Below the pieces are notes generated by a model that was not told where the DNA came from, did not search any database, and was given only the letters and a program-made list of their open reading frames with translations. The position numbers were made by a program, and so were the translations under genes. DNA of 64,000 nt from Desulfatiglandales bacterium (GTDB lineage: Bacteria; Desulfobacterota; DSM-4660; Desulfatiglandales; Desulfatiglandaceae), in contig OY759599.1 of the NCBI GenBank assembly GCA_963662465.1, positions 6,432,001 to 6,496,000 of the forward strand, written 5' to 3'. The stretch's first letter is position 1; every line of letters starts with the position of its first letter. This document shows, piece after piece, positions 28,049 to 38,535 of this stretch.

Positions 28049-29668
28049 TTACACTCGACTTCGCCTGACCCGCCTGATGGCGGCAACAGAAAGCAGCATG
28101 ACCAGCAGAACCATGCCCCATTCACCAAGGGTGGGAATGGGTTCCGTGGCTATGGCCACCCCGCCCTGATCCAGAATGGGCGGCACCGGGGTGTCATCGC
28201 CCAGGTGTGCTTCGGTCAGCGCGAACGCTGTTCAGTTGGACGGTGACGTCCGGGATGCCCGTTTCACCGTCATCCTGAATCCCGTTGCCGTTTAAATCTT
28301 CGAACACGGTTCCGGTTACGACGCCCCCTACCACGGTGATGTCATGTGTCGCTGACCCCAGGCTCATGCCGCTTTTGCGACTGGCGGTCACGGTCGCGGT
28401 ACCCGCGGCTGTGTCCTTGTAGTAGAATGTACAGGTGCTGTTTCCTTCCGTGATGGTGGTCTCCGAGATCTCCGTGCTTCCAGCGGCGTCCCTGTAAAAG
28501 CGGGCCGTGCCCGTTGAGTTGCTGGTGAGATCAAATACCGTGTCTTCATCCACATTCGCCGCATTGTTATCCGCGTCTTGGCTCGTGAGGGTAAACACCG
28601 TGGAGACCGAACCCGCGGTTACCGTCGCCGGGCCGGTGAGCGCTACCTTTTCAGCGGGAGGGTCGTAAGGGTGCTCATAGGCTCCGATGGTCGATCCGGG
28701 ATCGTGGCGGTTCACGCCCCGCTGGTCCGTGGGGACGGCGGCATCGTACAACCCGTTACCCACGGGAATACCGGTTTCGGCCAGAATGGCCAGGGTTTCT
28801 GTGGGGCCGCCGTTGTCGGCCAGGGTATCGGAAAGGTTCAGATTCTGGCGGTCAAGGACCACGCCACGCCGGGTCCAGGTGGTTTCGGTGGTGCTTGCCG
28901 TGTTGTATTTGGTGTTATACACGATTGTGTCGGCATGGTTGAAACCGCCGGCGGCATTGGCGGGGGTGTTGGAATATGCCACCCCGTTGGTTCCGTTATC
29001 CGTCAAAGTCCCCGACGCACGAAAATAATCATCATTTGTCGGCGCCATACCGCAGGCATTGTTTGCCACCAGGCTGTTTTGGACCGTCAAAGTTCCGCCG
29101 TTCAAATAAATGCCGCCGCCGTCACCCCCCCCAAATCCTCGCTGTCACACTGATTTTCGGCGACCGTACCGTAGTGGAGGGTAACGGAAGCGCCGCCATC
29201 CGTTGAAATCCCACCGCCGTTACCGATGGAAAAATTGCCGGCAAGGGTGCAATTGGTCACGGTCGCCGTGCCGGTTACATGAAGGCCGCCTCCCGCGCTT
29301 TCTGCGGCGTTCCCGGACAGGGTCGAGCGGGTCAGGACCACCCCGTCGGCACCGGCAAAAATGCCGCCGCCGTTACGCGCTCTTGAATCTGAAACGGTCA
29401 CTGAATCGAGGTTGACCGTGGCGCCCCTGCCCACATAAATGGTGCCGCCGTCGGGGGCGCCGAGACCGGTAATGTCCCCGCCTTTGAGGGTCATATTGGA
29501 AATATTGACGGTCTTTCCAGATGCATCCATTTCACCGCCGCCACCGGGGCTGTTGTCGGTGTTCAGGGTCACCACCTGATCGGCGGCCCGGACTTCGGAA
29601 AAAAAGAAGCAGAAGAAAAACAGAACAATGGGGAAAACAACCGCTTTGGGGAAATGAAGATGTGTCAT
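28049..29668 (-). pseudogene. IPTL-CTERM cell-surface protein (beta-helix/choice-of-anchor Q-like plus SdrD-B start), split over three frames
   Basis: Signal peptide; GGGI repeats; LADNGGPTETLA..DQRG..IGAYE; GTVFEDLNGNGIQDDGE; tail PIPTLGEWGMVLLVMLLSVAAIRRVRR* (stop 28049-28051); frame breaks at G8 (29125-29132) and ~28230. Confidence 0.8.
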
Positions 29669-30038
29669 GAGAAGACTCCTTCGAATGCAGATACCGTACG
29701 CCATTTGAAATTCAGCCGCATGAAAAATCGCTGGAACATGAGGATTCGATACAACTTTTGCAACTTAATCGAAAGTAGCCATATTTCGACATGTAAAATA
29801 TGTCAACCCTAAAATCACGATACGAAAACTCCGACATAAGGAAGAGCGTACTCGCTTTTGATCCGGTGGATCGGTATATAAGAGGTGTGGTTTGTTCGTA
29901 ATGATTCCAAGTTCTTAGATGATATTTTTTTCGATTCTTATGTCGGAGTTTTAGTCACAATAGCTACATTTCTTGAGGTCCCGGCAACAAAAATCCCTGA
30001 TCTGGAAGAACCTGCCGTGCCCAACCTCCACTGGAGAG

Positions 30039-30067
30039 TTGACAAAGTCTCTGATTTTGTTTACATT
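30039..30067 (+). promoter_or_regulatory. Sigma70-type promoter
   Basis: TTGACA-N17-TACATT about 100 bp upstream of ATG 30164. Confidence 0.55.
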
Positions 30068-30163
30068 CAAAAAAGTCAAAAAGAAATGGATGCGATTTTT
30101 TTGCGACCGATTTTTAAACAGGCTCTAAACCGGGAATCTGTAAACCGCGAAAGGATTTCGACT

Positions 30164-31528
30164 ATGTCTGATTTTTCCCAAAATAACAGCAAAGTCACCT
30201 CGTTTCATATTCTTCGCCAGGACCGGGAACACCTGAGAAAGCAGCTGACGCTGCATTCCAGATGGCAAAAGACGATTCTGATTCTACCGCTTCTGGCCAG
30301 CGAATATACCGATCCCGCCAACCATCCGGTTTTTGAAAATATCCTAAACCAGCTCAAAGATGTTACCTACGTCTCCACCATTATCTTCGGCCTCGACAGG
30401 GCCACGGAGGAAGAGGCATTTTTATTGCGGGACCTCCTGAATAATGCCGGTATCCAGAATTATATGATCCAGTGGAATGACGGTCCGGGGTTTCGGGGTA
30501 TTTATGACAGGCTGAACGAGGCCGGATTTAATATCAGTGAGCCGGGCAAGGGGAAAAACATGTTCCTGAGTTTCGGGATCGCCATGGCCCTGGGTGGGGA
30601 AACCATAGGTCTCATTGATGCGGATATCCGAACCTTTGAACGGGTGCAACTGGATCGGCTCTTTTACCCGGTGGTGGCTCTGAACTACGATTTTTCCAAG
30701 GCCTATTATTCCCGAATCAAGGATAACCAGCTCTACGGTCGGGTCAAGCGACTTCTTCTTGACCCCCTTCTCATCGCCCTGAAGCGGAAATTCTCCGAAA
30801 CCAGAGATCAGAAAATGCTGAATCTCATCGAGTTTCTTTTGAGTTTCAAGTATCAGCTCAGCGGCGAGGTGGCCTTTCATGTGGATCTGCTGAAGAAGAT
30901 GCGGTTTGCTACCAACTGGGGCGTGGAGATTTTTACCCTCATCGAAGTGTATCGAAAAGCCTCGTCGCCCGCCCAGGTCATGTTCACCCAGGAACCTTTC
31001 GACCATAAGCACCAGGATGTTTCTCCGCAAGACCGCACCAAGGGCCTTAACCGAATGGCCATTGACATTGTTACCACCCTGATGAATGCCCTGATCATCG
31101 AAGAGGGCCTGGAGATTTCGGATACTTTTTTCAGGGACCTGACCGTGACCTACCAGGCCGTTGCGGAAGGGCAGGTTAAAAAATATTCCGATGATGCAGA
31201 TTTCAGTGGTTTGACATACGATCGTGATAAGGAAGAATTCCTGGTCAGGGAGGTCTTTAGTCATTGTATTCTCGAAGCGGGGGATGTGCTCACCTCACCT
31301 TACCGCATGACGGAGAAATTTTTGCGGTTTGTCAATTCCCACAAGGAATTCGGCGAATTCCTTAACAAGGGGTTGGCCCAGACTATTTTGCAGGTGGAAC
31401 AGAAAAACGAAAGACGGCTCTTTGAGACGCCTCAAACGGTTTCCTGGGAACGGGTGAGCAACAAGCTGCCGCGCATCTTTTATGATTTGATCGAAGTGGT
31501 GGAAAACGAGAAAAGACGTTTTTCCTGA
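30164..31528 (+). CDS. gpgS: Glucosyl-3-phosphoglycerate synthase-like glycosyltransferase
   Basis: MSDFSQ start; GLDRA; GKGKN; DADI; KAYYSRI..LYGRV; LSGE; WGVEI; DHKHQ; next to a HAD-IIB phosphatase. Confidence 0.7.
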   Translation: MSDFSQNNSKVTSFHILRQDREHLRKQLTLHSRWQKTILILPLLASEYTDPANHPVFENILNQLKDVTYVSTIIFGLDRATEEEAFLLRDLLNNAGIQNYMIQWNDGPGFRGIYDRLNEAGFNISEPGKGKNMFLSFGIAMALGGETIGLIDADIRTFERVQLDRLFYPVVALNYDFSKAYYSRIKDNQLYGRVKRLLLDPLLIALKRKFSETRDQKMLNLIEFLLSFKYQLSGEVAFHVDLLKKMRFATNWGVEIFTLIEVYRKASSPAQVMFTQEPFDHKHQDVSPQDRTKGLNRMAIDIVTTLMNALIIEEGLEISDTFFRDLTVTYQAVAEGQVKKYSDDADFSGLTYDRDKEEFLVREVFSHCILEAGDVLTSPYRMTEKFLRFVNSHKEFGEFLNKGLAQTILQVEQKNERRLFETPQTVSWERVSNKLPRIFYDLIEVVENEKRRFS

Positions 31529-32496
31529 TGCAAAAGCGGGACAATTCAATGGCTGATTCTTTTTTCATCCGGAATTTTCCTCCGCCATCCCATCTGGTGT
31601 TTACCGATCTGGACGGCACCCTGCTGGATCACCACACCTACGGCTGGAAAGAGGCTCTTCCGGCCCTTGAACATTGTCGAAGGACCGGCGTGCCGGTGAT
31701 CCTGGTTTCCAGTAAAACCAGGGCTGAGATGGATGTATTACGCCATGAATTGCGCCTTTCAGCGCCCTTTGTTTCTGAAAATGGCGGGGGCGTCTTTTTT
31801 CCGAGGGAAACTTTTAGCGAAGCGCCGGCCGGTTCATTTCCATCTGAAACCCAGGGGTTAGAGGCCTTAAAGAATACGGCTGCATGCCTAGTCCCCGCAT
31901 CGGAAGGTCTCTGGCAGTGGTCTCTGGGCGTTCCCTACGCCCATTTGATTCGCGCATTGAGTGATATTCGAAAAAGCCTGGGCTTGTCCATCAAGGGTTT
32001 TTCCGACATGGATGTTGACGAAATTTCCAGACTGACCGGTTTGAGCGCGAAGGCCGCTCGTCTCGCCGCCACGCGGGAATATGATGAGCCCTTTATTTTT
32101 GAGGGCGAGACGCCTCCCGATCTACGCCCCCTTTACGAAAGTGCCGCCGGAAAAGGACTGATGATCGTCTCCGGAGGTCGCTTTTACCACCTGTTGGGAA
32201 ATAACCACAAGGGAGACGCCATGGCGCGCATTGAGTCCTGGTATAATATGCAATACCATTTTGATGGGCATGGCCGTATTCCGACCGTTGCTCTGGGTGA
32301 CAGCCCAAATGATTTTCCCATGCTTATGCGTGCCGACTTTCCCGTACTGATCCGTTCGGATCACGATTTTTCAGATCTCAAAATAAAAATTCCAAATCTC
32401 AAAACAACAGAATATCCAGGTCCAAAAGGCTGGAACAACGCTGTTTTAAATATTTTAAGTAAAAATGAGGAGAATCCCGATGCCCGATCGTTTTGA
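31528..32496 (+). CDS. Mannosyl/glucosyl-3-phosphoglycerate phosphatase (HAD-IIB)
   Basis: FTDLDGTLLD, SSKTRAE, ENGG, REYDEPF, GGRFYHL, LGDSPND. Confidence 0.88.
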   Translation: MQKRDNSMADSFFIRNFPPPSHLVFTDLDGTLLDHHTYGWKEALPALEHCRRTGVPVILVSSKTRAEMDVLRHELRLSAPFVSENGGGVFFPRETFSEAPAGSFPSETQGLEALKNTAACLVPASEGLWQWSLGVPYAHLIRALSDIRKSLGLSIKGFSDMDVDEISRLTGLSAKAARLAATREYDEPFIFEGETPPDLRPLYESAAGKGLMIVSGGRFYHLLGNNHKGDAMARIESWYNMQYHFDGHGRIPTVALGDSPNDFPMLMRADFPVLIRSDHDFSDLKIKIPNLKTTEYPGPKGWNNAVLNILSKNEENPDARSF

Positions 32497-33712
32497 AAAG
32501 GAGATTAATCCGGAAAACATCAAAAAAGCGGACATGGTGGTTTGTATCCCTTCCTACAGAGAAGCCGATTCCATCGGCTACCCGACCACCCAGGCCGACG
32601 AAGGGTTACAAAAATATTTTGGTGAGTACAGCGCCGTCATTATCAATTGCGATAACAACTCTCCTGACCATACCCGGGAGACCTTTCTCGAGACGGCGAC
32701 TAAAGCGCCAAAAATTTATCTTTCCACTGAACCCGGTCTTAAAGGAAAAGGGAATAACTTTAGAAACCTGTTTCAAAAGGTGGTGGACCTTAAGGCCAAG
32801 GCCGTGGTGGTGGTGGACGCTGATCTCAAGAGCATCACCCCTGAGTGGATCAAGCACCTGGGTGAACCGTTGTTCAGCGGATTTTCATATGTGGCGCCCC
32901 TGTACATTCGGCATAAATATGATGGGACCATTACCAACGGCATTGCCTACCCCATGACAAGATCCCTTTATGGAAGACGGGTCCGTCAGCCCATCGGCGG
33001 GGATTTTGGATTCAGCGGAAAACTGGCGCCGTTGTACCTTGAAAGCAAGACCTGGAGCGAAGCGGTCGCCAATTTCGGAATCGACATCTGGATGACCACC
33101 CTTGCCATAAATCACAAGGCTCAGATCTGCCAGGCGTTCATGGGGCGACCCAAAATTCATCGTACCAAGGATCCGGGATCCGACCTGGGACCCATGTTTC
33201 GACAGGTGGTCGGCACCATTTTCTCCATGATGAAAGAGTTTGCACCCTTCTGGCTCAAGGTGAAATACAGCCGTCCTACCGCCATTTACGGGTTTGGCCT
33301 GGGCGAAACGGAAATGCCGCCGGAGGTTTCTGTGAACCGGGAAAATCTGTTAAACCAGTTCCATGAGGGATTTGGCAAATACAGCGGCATCTGGAAAACC
33401 ATCCTTTCGTCCGATGTTTACCAAAAGCTCCTGGAGATCAAGGATATGAGAGAGCAGGAGTTCAACTTTCCCACTGATTTATGGGCACGGCTGCTTTTCG
33501 ATACCGCCGCTTCATATGGGGAGGTGGGAATTAACGAGGACGACACCATGGATTCCCTGATCCCTCTCTATTTTGGACGTACGCTCTCTTTTGTTAGAAG
33601 GACGGAAAAAATGTCCATCAAACAGGCGGAAGAGGCCATTGAAGATGACTGCACTACCTTTGAGATGGCGAAACCTTATCTTCTTCAGCGCTGGAAAGAG
33701 AGACGTTGGTGA
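32480..33712 (+). CDS. Glucosylglycerate/mannosylglycerate synthase-like single-step glycosyltransferase
   Basis: IPSY.EAD.I, GKG, DADL.SITPEW, RHKYDGTITN, RQPIGGDF, FGIDIW; GAGGAG RBS. Confidence 0.7.
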   Translation: MPDRFEKEINPENIKKADMVVCIPSYREADSIGYPTTQADEGLQKYFGEYSAVIINCDNNSPDHTRETFLETATKAPKIYLSTEPGLKGKGNNFRNLFQKVVDLKAKAVVVVDADLKSITPEWIKHLGEPLFSGFSYVAPLYIRHKYDGTITNGIAYPMTRSLYGRRVRQPIGGDFGFSGKLAPLYLESKTWSEAVANFGIDIWMTTLAINHKAQICQAFMGRPKIHRTKDPGSDLGPMFRQVVGTIFSMMKEFAPFWLKVKYSRPTAIYGFGLGETEMPPEVSVNRENLLNQFHEGFGKYSGIWKTILSSDVYQKLLEIKDMREQEFNFPTDLWARLLFDTAASYGEVGINEDDTMDSLIPLYFGRTLSFVRRTEKMSIKQAEEAIEDDCTTFEMAKPYLLQRWKERRW

Positions 33713-33773
33713 AGAGTGAAGCGTAAAGAGTGAAGAGGTGGGGGCTGGTGCTTTTCACTCTTCACTTTTCACC
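33709..33773. repeat. Inverted (GTGAAGA)n / (TTTTCAC)n heptamer arms forming a hairpin between convergent genes
   Basis: GTGAAGAGTGAAGCGTAAAGAGTGAAGAG, 13-nt spacer, CTTTTCACTCTTCACTTTTCAC. Confidence 0.85.
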
Positions 33774-33779
33774 TTTCTT

Positions 33780-35132
33780 TCATCGAACCAATAAAAGCCT
33801 CACATCCATAACATTCGTATTGGTGGGGCCGGTCACAAGAAGATCCTTGGTTTTCTGGAAGAAGTGGTAGGCGTCATTGTTGTTCAAAAAATCAACGGCC
33901 TCCATTCCGGCTTCCCTGCCCCGTGTGACTGTAAAGGGGTCTACAACGGCTCCCGCCGCATCCGTGGGGCCGTCATTGCCGTCGGTCCCACCGCTTAAAA
34001 CAACCAGCTTCAATGGCAGTTCGGCGATTTCAATGGCCGCTGCCAGGCAGAACTCCTGATTCCTGCCGCCCAGGCCCTTGCCCCGAATGGTTACGGTGGT
34101 TTCCCCTCCTGAAATGATGCAGGCAGGTTTATGAATGGGCCTGCCGCTCCGAACAGCCTCTTTGGCAATGGCGCAGTGGACCCGGGCGACATCCCTGGTT
34201 TCCCCCTCGATCAAAGAGGAGAGAATCAGGGTCTTGTATCCAAACGCCAGGGCCTTTTTTTCCGCCGCTTCAAGGGCCAGGATATTGCTGCCCACGATGA
34301 TGTTAGAGACATAAAGAAAAACCGGATCAGCCGCCTTTGGGGTATCGGGAATTTTTCCCCGGGCGCCCTTTTCGAGGCGCTGAACAATGGCTTCGGGAAC
34401 GCCTTTTAAATCATATTTTTTCAGAATGCCCAAAGCGTCTTCAAAGGTGGAAGAGTCCGGTACAAAGGGGCCTGACGCAATGACGTCCATCTTGTCTCCC
34501 ACCACATCGGACAACATGAGGTTGACCACGGTGGCCGGAAAGGCGGCGCGGGCCATCTGTCCGCCCTTGGCGGCGGATATGTGTTTCCGTACGGCGTTGA
34601 TTTCGTCAATGCCGGCGCCGCAATCCAGCAGCATACCGGTGACGGTCTGTTTTTCTGAAAGCGTAATGCCTTGAGCGGGCCGGCAAAGCAGGGCGGATCC
34701 GCCGCCGCTGATGAGCGAAATGATCAGGTCTTTGTTGTTGGCTTTTGCCAGGAGATTAAGGATTGCTTTGGTTCCCTTGACCCCGTTTTCGTCGGGCAGG
34801 GGATGGCTGGCCTCAACGGTTTGTGTCACTGAGAGTTTTTCGGTGAATCCATACTTTACGTTGATCAGTCCCTTGTGAATCCTGTCGCCCAGAAGTACTT
34901 CCATGGCCTTGGCCATGGGTGCGGTGGCCTTTCCGCCTCCCACGAGGGAAATGCGGTCAAATTGTTTCAGGTTCAGGCTGGTTTGGTCGGTTTCATCCTT
35001 TCCCAGGATGAGTTGGTCGTCCTTGACCCGCACAAAGTTTTTCACGGCGCCGTAGGGGTTCACGGAGCGCAACGATTCCCTGAATATGGCTTTGGCCTCT
35101 GTACGCATTTCTTTTATGCGGTAGTCATCCAT
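33780..35132 (-). CDS. Glycerate kinase, class II (MOFRL family)
   Basis: GKA, HPLPD, LISGGGSAL, SDVVGD..IASGP, GGETTV, GGRNQE, TNTNVMD. Confidence 0.92.
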   Translation of the reverse strand: MDDYRIKEMRTEAKAIFRESLRSVNPYGAVKNFVRVKDDQLILGKDETDQTSLNLKQFDRISLVGGGKATAPMAKAMEVLLGDRIHKGLINVKYGFTEKLSVTQTVEASHPLPDENGVKGTKAILNLLAKANNKDLIISLISGGGSALLCRPAQGITLSEKQTVTGMLLDCGAGIDEINAVRKHISAAKGGQMARAAFPATVVNLMLSDVVGDKMDVIASGPFVPDSSTFEDALGILKKYDLKGVPEAIVQRLEKGARGKIPDTPKAADPVFLYVSNIIVGSNILALEAAEKKALAFGYKTLILSSLIEGETRDVARVHCAIAKEAVRSGRPIHKPACIISGGETTVTIRGKGLGGRNQEFCLAAAIEIAELPLKLVVLSGGTDGNDGPTDAAGAVVDPFTVTRGREAGMEAVDFLNNNDAYHFFQKTKDLLVTGPTNTNVMDVRLLLVR

Positions 35133-35247
35133 TTTTTTCTCCTTATTCTGAATCCCATTTCGATATCCGTATTTTTGGAGTTTACCTTATTTTGTTTTGA
35201 AATAAAAGGGTTGCGTTGAAACATTGACCCTCTGTCCGGTTTTCAAC

Positions 35248-35277
35248 TTGACACATGGGTTCCAGTTTATCTAATAT
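35248..35277 (+). promoter_or_regulatory. Sigma70-type promoter of carB
   Basis: TTGACA-N18-TAATAT. Confidence 0.45.
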
Positions 35278-35323
35278 CCGCCGATCAAGTTTCAATTAAA
35301 ATGACAATAATAAGGAGCCTCGC

Positions 35324-38300
35324 ATGCCGAAGCGCGACGACATCAACAAGGTAATGATCATCAGTTCCGGACCCATCATCATCGGGCAGGCCTGTGAGTT
35401 TGACTATTCAGGCACCCAGGCCTGCAAGGCCCTTCGGAAACTGGGCTATGAAATTGTTCTGGCCAATTCAAATCCCGCCACCATTATGACCGACCCAGGC
35501 ATGGCGGAAGCCACTTATATCGAGGCCCTCAATGTGCGGACCATGACCGAGATTATTGAAAAGGAGCGGCCGGATGCACTGCTCCCTAACCTTGGGGGTC
35601 AGACAGGCCTTAATCTTTCCTCGGAACTGGCGGAAACAGGCGTTTTGGATAAATACGGCGTCAAGATCATTGGTGTCGAAGTGGATGCCATCAAACGGGG
35701 GGAGGATCGCATCGCCTTCAAGGCTACCATGGATAAATTGGGCATTGAAATGCCCCAAAGCGAGCCTGCATTCAGTGTTGAAGAAGCGGAAAAAATTGCC
35801 GACCAATTGGGATATCCCGTGGTGATCCGGCCTGCCTACACCATGGGCGGCACGGGGGGCGGACTGGTTTATAACGTTGAAGAACTGCGCATCATCGCTG
35901 CCCGGGGCATCTCCGCCAGTTTTGTGAACCAGATTCTCGTGGAAGAGTCGGTACTGGGTTGGGAGGAACTGGAGCTTGAAGTGGTCCGGGATGCCAAAAA
36001 CCAGAAGATTACGGTTTGCTTCATTGAAAATGTAGACGCCATGGGCATCCACACCGGCGATTCCTTCTGCACTGCGCCCATGTTGACCATTGCGCCGGAA
36101 CTTCAGGAAAGGCTGCAGCAATACGCTTATGATATTGTGGACGCCATCAAAGTTATCGGCGGCACCAATGTTCAATTTGCCCACGATCCAGAAACCGGAC
36201 GCGTGGTGGTCATCGAAATCAATCCCAGAACCTCTCGGTCTTCAGCCCTGGCCTCAAAAGCCACCGGGTTTCCCATCGCCCTGGTGTCCGCCATGCTGGC
36301 TGGTGGCCTGACCCTGGATGAAATTCCCTACTGGCGTGATGGAACCTTGGACAAATATACCCCGTGGGGAGATTATGTGGTCGTCAAATTCGCACGGTGG
36401 GCCTTTGAAAAATTTGAAGGTTCAGAGGACAAACTAGGGACCCAGATGCGGGCCGTAGGCGAAGTTATGAGCATCGGGAAAAACTACAAGGAGGCATTTC
36501 AAAAGGCCATCCGGTCCCTGGAAAACGGACGGTATGGTTTGGGGTTTGCCAAAGATTTCAACCAAAAACCCCTGGAAGACCTTATGGACCTTCTGTCTGA
36601 ACCCAGCAGTGAACGTCATTTCATCATGTATGAAGCCCTGAGAAAAGGCGCCGGCGTGGACGCCCTTCACCTGAAAACCCACGTTAAACGATGGTTTATC
36701 GAGCAGATGAAAGAACTGGTGACGCTGGAGGAAAAGATTCTTGATTTCAAAGGGAAGCCATTGCCCGATGATCTGTTGGCACAGGCCAAAAAGGATGGGT
36801 TTTCAGACCGGTATCTCTCTAAAATCCTGGCGATTCCTGAAAAAGAGATTCGGGAAAAGCGTGTGGGCCTGGGGGTGGTGGAAGGGTGGGAGCCGGTTCC
36901 CGTCAGCGGCGTTGAAAACGCGGCCTACTATTTTTCCACCTACAACGCCCTGGATCAGGTGGATATCAGCGACCGACGGAAGATCATGGTGCTGGGGGGC
37001 GGCCCCAATCGAATCGGTCAGGGCATCGAATTTGATTACTGCTGCGTGCATGCGGCCTTCTCCCTGAAGGATGAGGGGTTTGAATCCATCATGGTGAACT
37101 GCAATCCGGAAACCGTCTCCACGGATTACGATACCTCCGACAAACTCTACTTTGAACCGCTCACCGTTGAAGATGTGTTAAGCATCTATGAAAAAGAAAA
37201 ACCGGAAGGGGTGATTGTTCAGTTCGGCGGGCAGACGCCTTTGAACATTGCCTCCGAACTGGCCCAGGCGGGGGTTACGATTATCGGTACGTCCCCTGAA
37301 GCCATCGATCTTGCCGAAGATCGCGATCGGTTCAGGCACATGATGCGCAAGCTGGGCATTCCACAGCCTGAGTCGGGCATGGCCAGCACCCTGGAACAGG
37401 CCCTTGAAATTGCGGAACGGATCGGCTATCCCCTCATGGTGAGGCCGTCCTACGTGCTGGGCGGTCGCGGTATGGAAGTGGTTCACGATGAGGAAATGCT
37501 CAAACATTATGTGATCGCCGCTGTTGATGTGAGTCCGGAACGGCCCATTCTCATCGATAAGTTCCTGGAAAATGCCATCGAGGCCGAAGCCGACGCCATC
37601 AGCGACGGCACGGACGCCTATGTGCCGGCGGTCATGGAACATATCGAGCTGGCCGGCGTCCATTCAGGGGATTCCGCCTGTGTGATACCGCCCATCAGTA
37701 TCGCGGCCAAGCATCTGGATACCATCAACGAATACACCCGCAGGATTGCCATCGAACTGAATGTGGTGGGGTTAATGAATATACAGTATGCCATTGCCGA
37801 CGATACGGTCTATATCATCGAGGCCAACCCCCGGGCATCCCGGACGGTCCCCCTGGTCTCCAAGGTGTGCAATATCTCCATGGCCCGCATTGCCACCCAG
37901 CTTATGTTGGGCAAAAAACTGTCGGACCTGAACATCAAACCCAAAAATATCCCCCACTACGGGGTCAAGGAAGCGGTCTTTCCCTTTAACATGTTCCCGG
38001 AAGTGGATCCGCTTCTGGGACCTGAGATGCGGTCTACCGGGGAAGTGCTGGGTATGGCGGATTCTTTTGGACTGGCCTACTACAAGGCCCAGGACGCTAC
38101 CCAGATGACTTTGCCGGACCAGGGTTCTGTTCTTCTGACCGTATCTGAGGCGGATCGGCCGGCTGTGGGGGAAGTGGCACGGCAGCTTCACCAATTGGGG
38201 TTCAAGATCCTGGCCACCAACGGCACCCATCAGTTTTTAGAGGAATGCGGTATTGAATCCGGAATCATCATGAAGATGCATGAAGGACGTCCCAATATTG

Positions 38301-38524
38301 TGGATGCCATTAAAAACAATGAGATTCAGCTGGTGATCAATACTCCCAGCGGCAAATTGAGCAAGTATGATGATTCTTACATTCGAAAAACCGCTATCAA
38401 GTTCAAAATTCCCTACATTACAACCCTGGCCGCTGCACTGGCCGCGGCGAGGGGAATTGCCGCCCACCGGCGGGGACATGGTACGGTGAAATCCCTTCAG
38501 AGCTATCACCAGGATATCAAATAA
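35324..38524 (+). CDS. carB: Carbamoyl-phosphate synthase large subunit
   Basis: MPKR..GPIIIGQACEFDYSG; duplicated ATP-grasp halves; GPNRIGQGIEFDY; C-terminal MGS domain. Confidence 0.98.
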   Translation: MPKRDDINKVMIISSGPIIIGQACEFDYSGTQACKALRKLGYEIVLANSNPATIMTDPGMAEATYIEALNVRTMTEIIEKERPDALLPNLGGQTGLNLSSELAETGVLDKYGVKIIGVEVDAIKRGEDRIAFKATMDKLGIEMPQSEPAFSVEEAEKIADQLGYPVVIRPAYTMGGTGGGLVYNVEELRIIAARGISASFVNQILVEESVLGWEELELEVVRDAKNQKITVCFIENVDAMGIHTGDSFCTAPMLTIAPELQERLQQYAYDIVDAIKVIGGTNVQFAHDPETGRVVVIEINPRTSRSSALASKATGFPIALVSAMLAGGLTLDEIPYWRDGTLDKYTPWGDYVVVKFARWAFEKFEGSEDKLGTQMRAVGEVMSIGKNYKEAFQKAIRSLENGRYGLGFAKDFNQKPLEDLMDLLSEPSSERHFIMYEALRKGAGVDALHLKTHVKRWFIEQMKELVTLEEKILDFKGKPLPDDLLAQAKKDGFSDRYLSKILAIPEKEIREKRVGLGVVEGWEPVPVSGVENAAYYFSTYNALDQVDISDRRKIMVLGGGPNRIGQGIEFDYCCVHAAFSLKDEGFESIMVNCNPETVSTDYDTSDKLYFEPLTVEDVLSIYEKEKPEGVIVQFGGQTPLNIASELAQAGVTIIGTSPEAIDLAEDRDRFRHMMRKLGIPQPESGMASTLEQALEIAERIGYPLMVRPSYVLGGRGMEVVHDEEMLKHYVIAAVDVSPERPILIDKFLENAIEAEADAISDGTDAYVPAVMEHIELAGVHSGDSACVIPPISIAAKHLDTINEYTRRIAIELNVVGLMNIQYAIADDTVYIIEANPRASRTVPLVSKVCNISMARIATQLMLGKKLSDLNIKPKNIPHYGVKEAVFPFNMFPEVDPLLGPEMRSTGEVLGMADSFGLAYYKAQDATQMTLPDQGSVLLTVSEADRPAVGEVARQLHQLGFKILATNGTHQFLEECGIESGIIMKMHEGRPNIVDAIKNNEIQLVINTPSGKLSKYDDSYIRKTAIKFKIPYITTLAAALAAARGIAAHRRGHGTVKSLQSYHQDIK

Positions 38525-38535
38525 GAGGAAATGTT

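Noticed and set aside
29885..30163. 93-aa N-terminal extension of the GpgS-like ORF
   Set aside because: Contains a promoter-like sequence; the family-like start is MSDFSQ at 30164
35360..35371. CarB ISSGP instead of the usual IGSGP
   Set aside because: Single substitution; a variant cannot be told from a sequencing error
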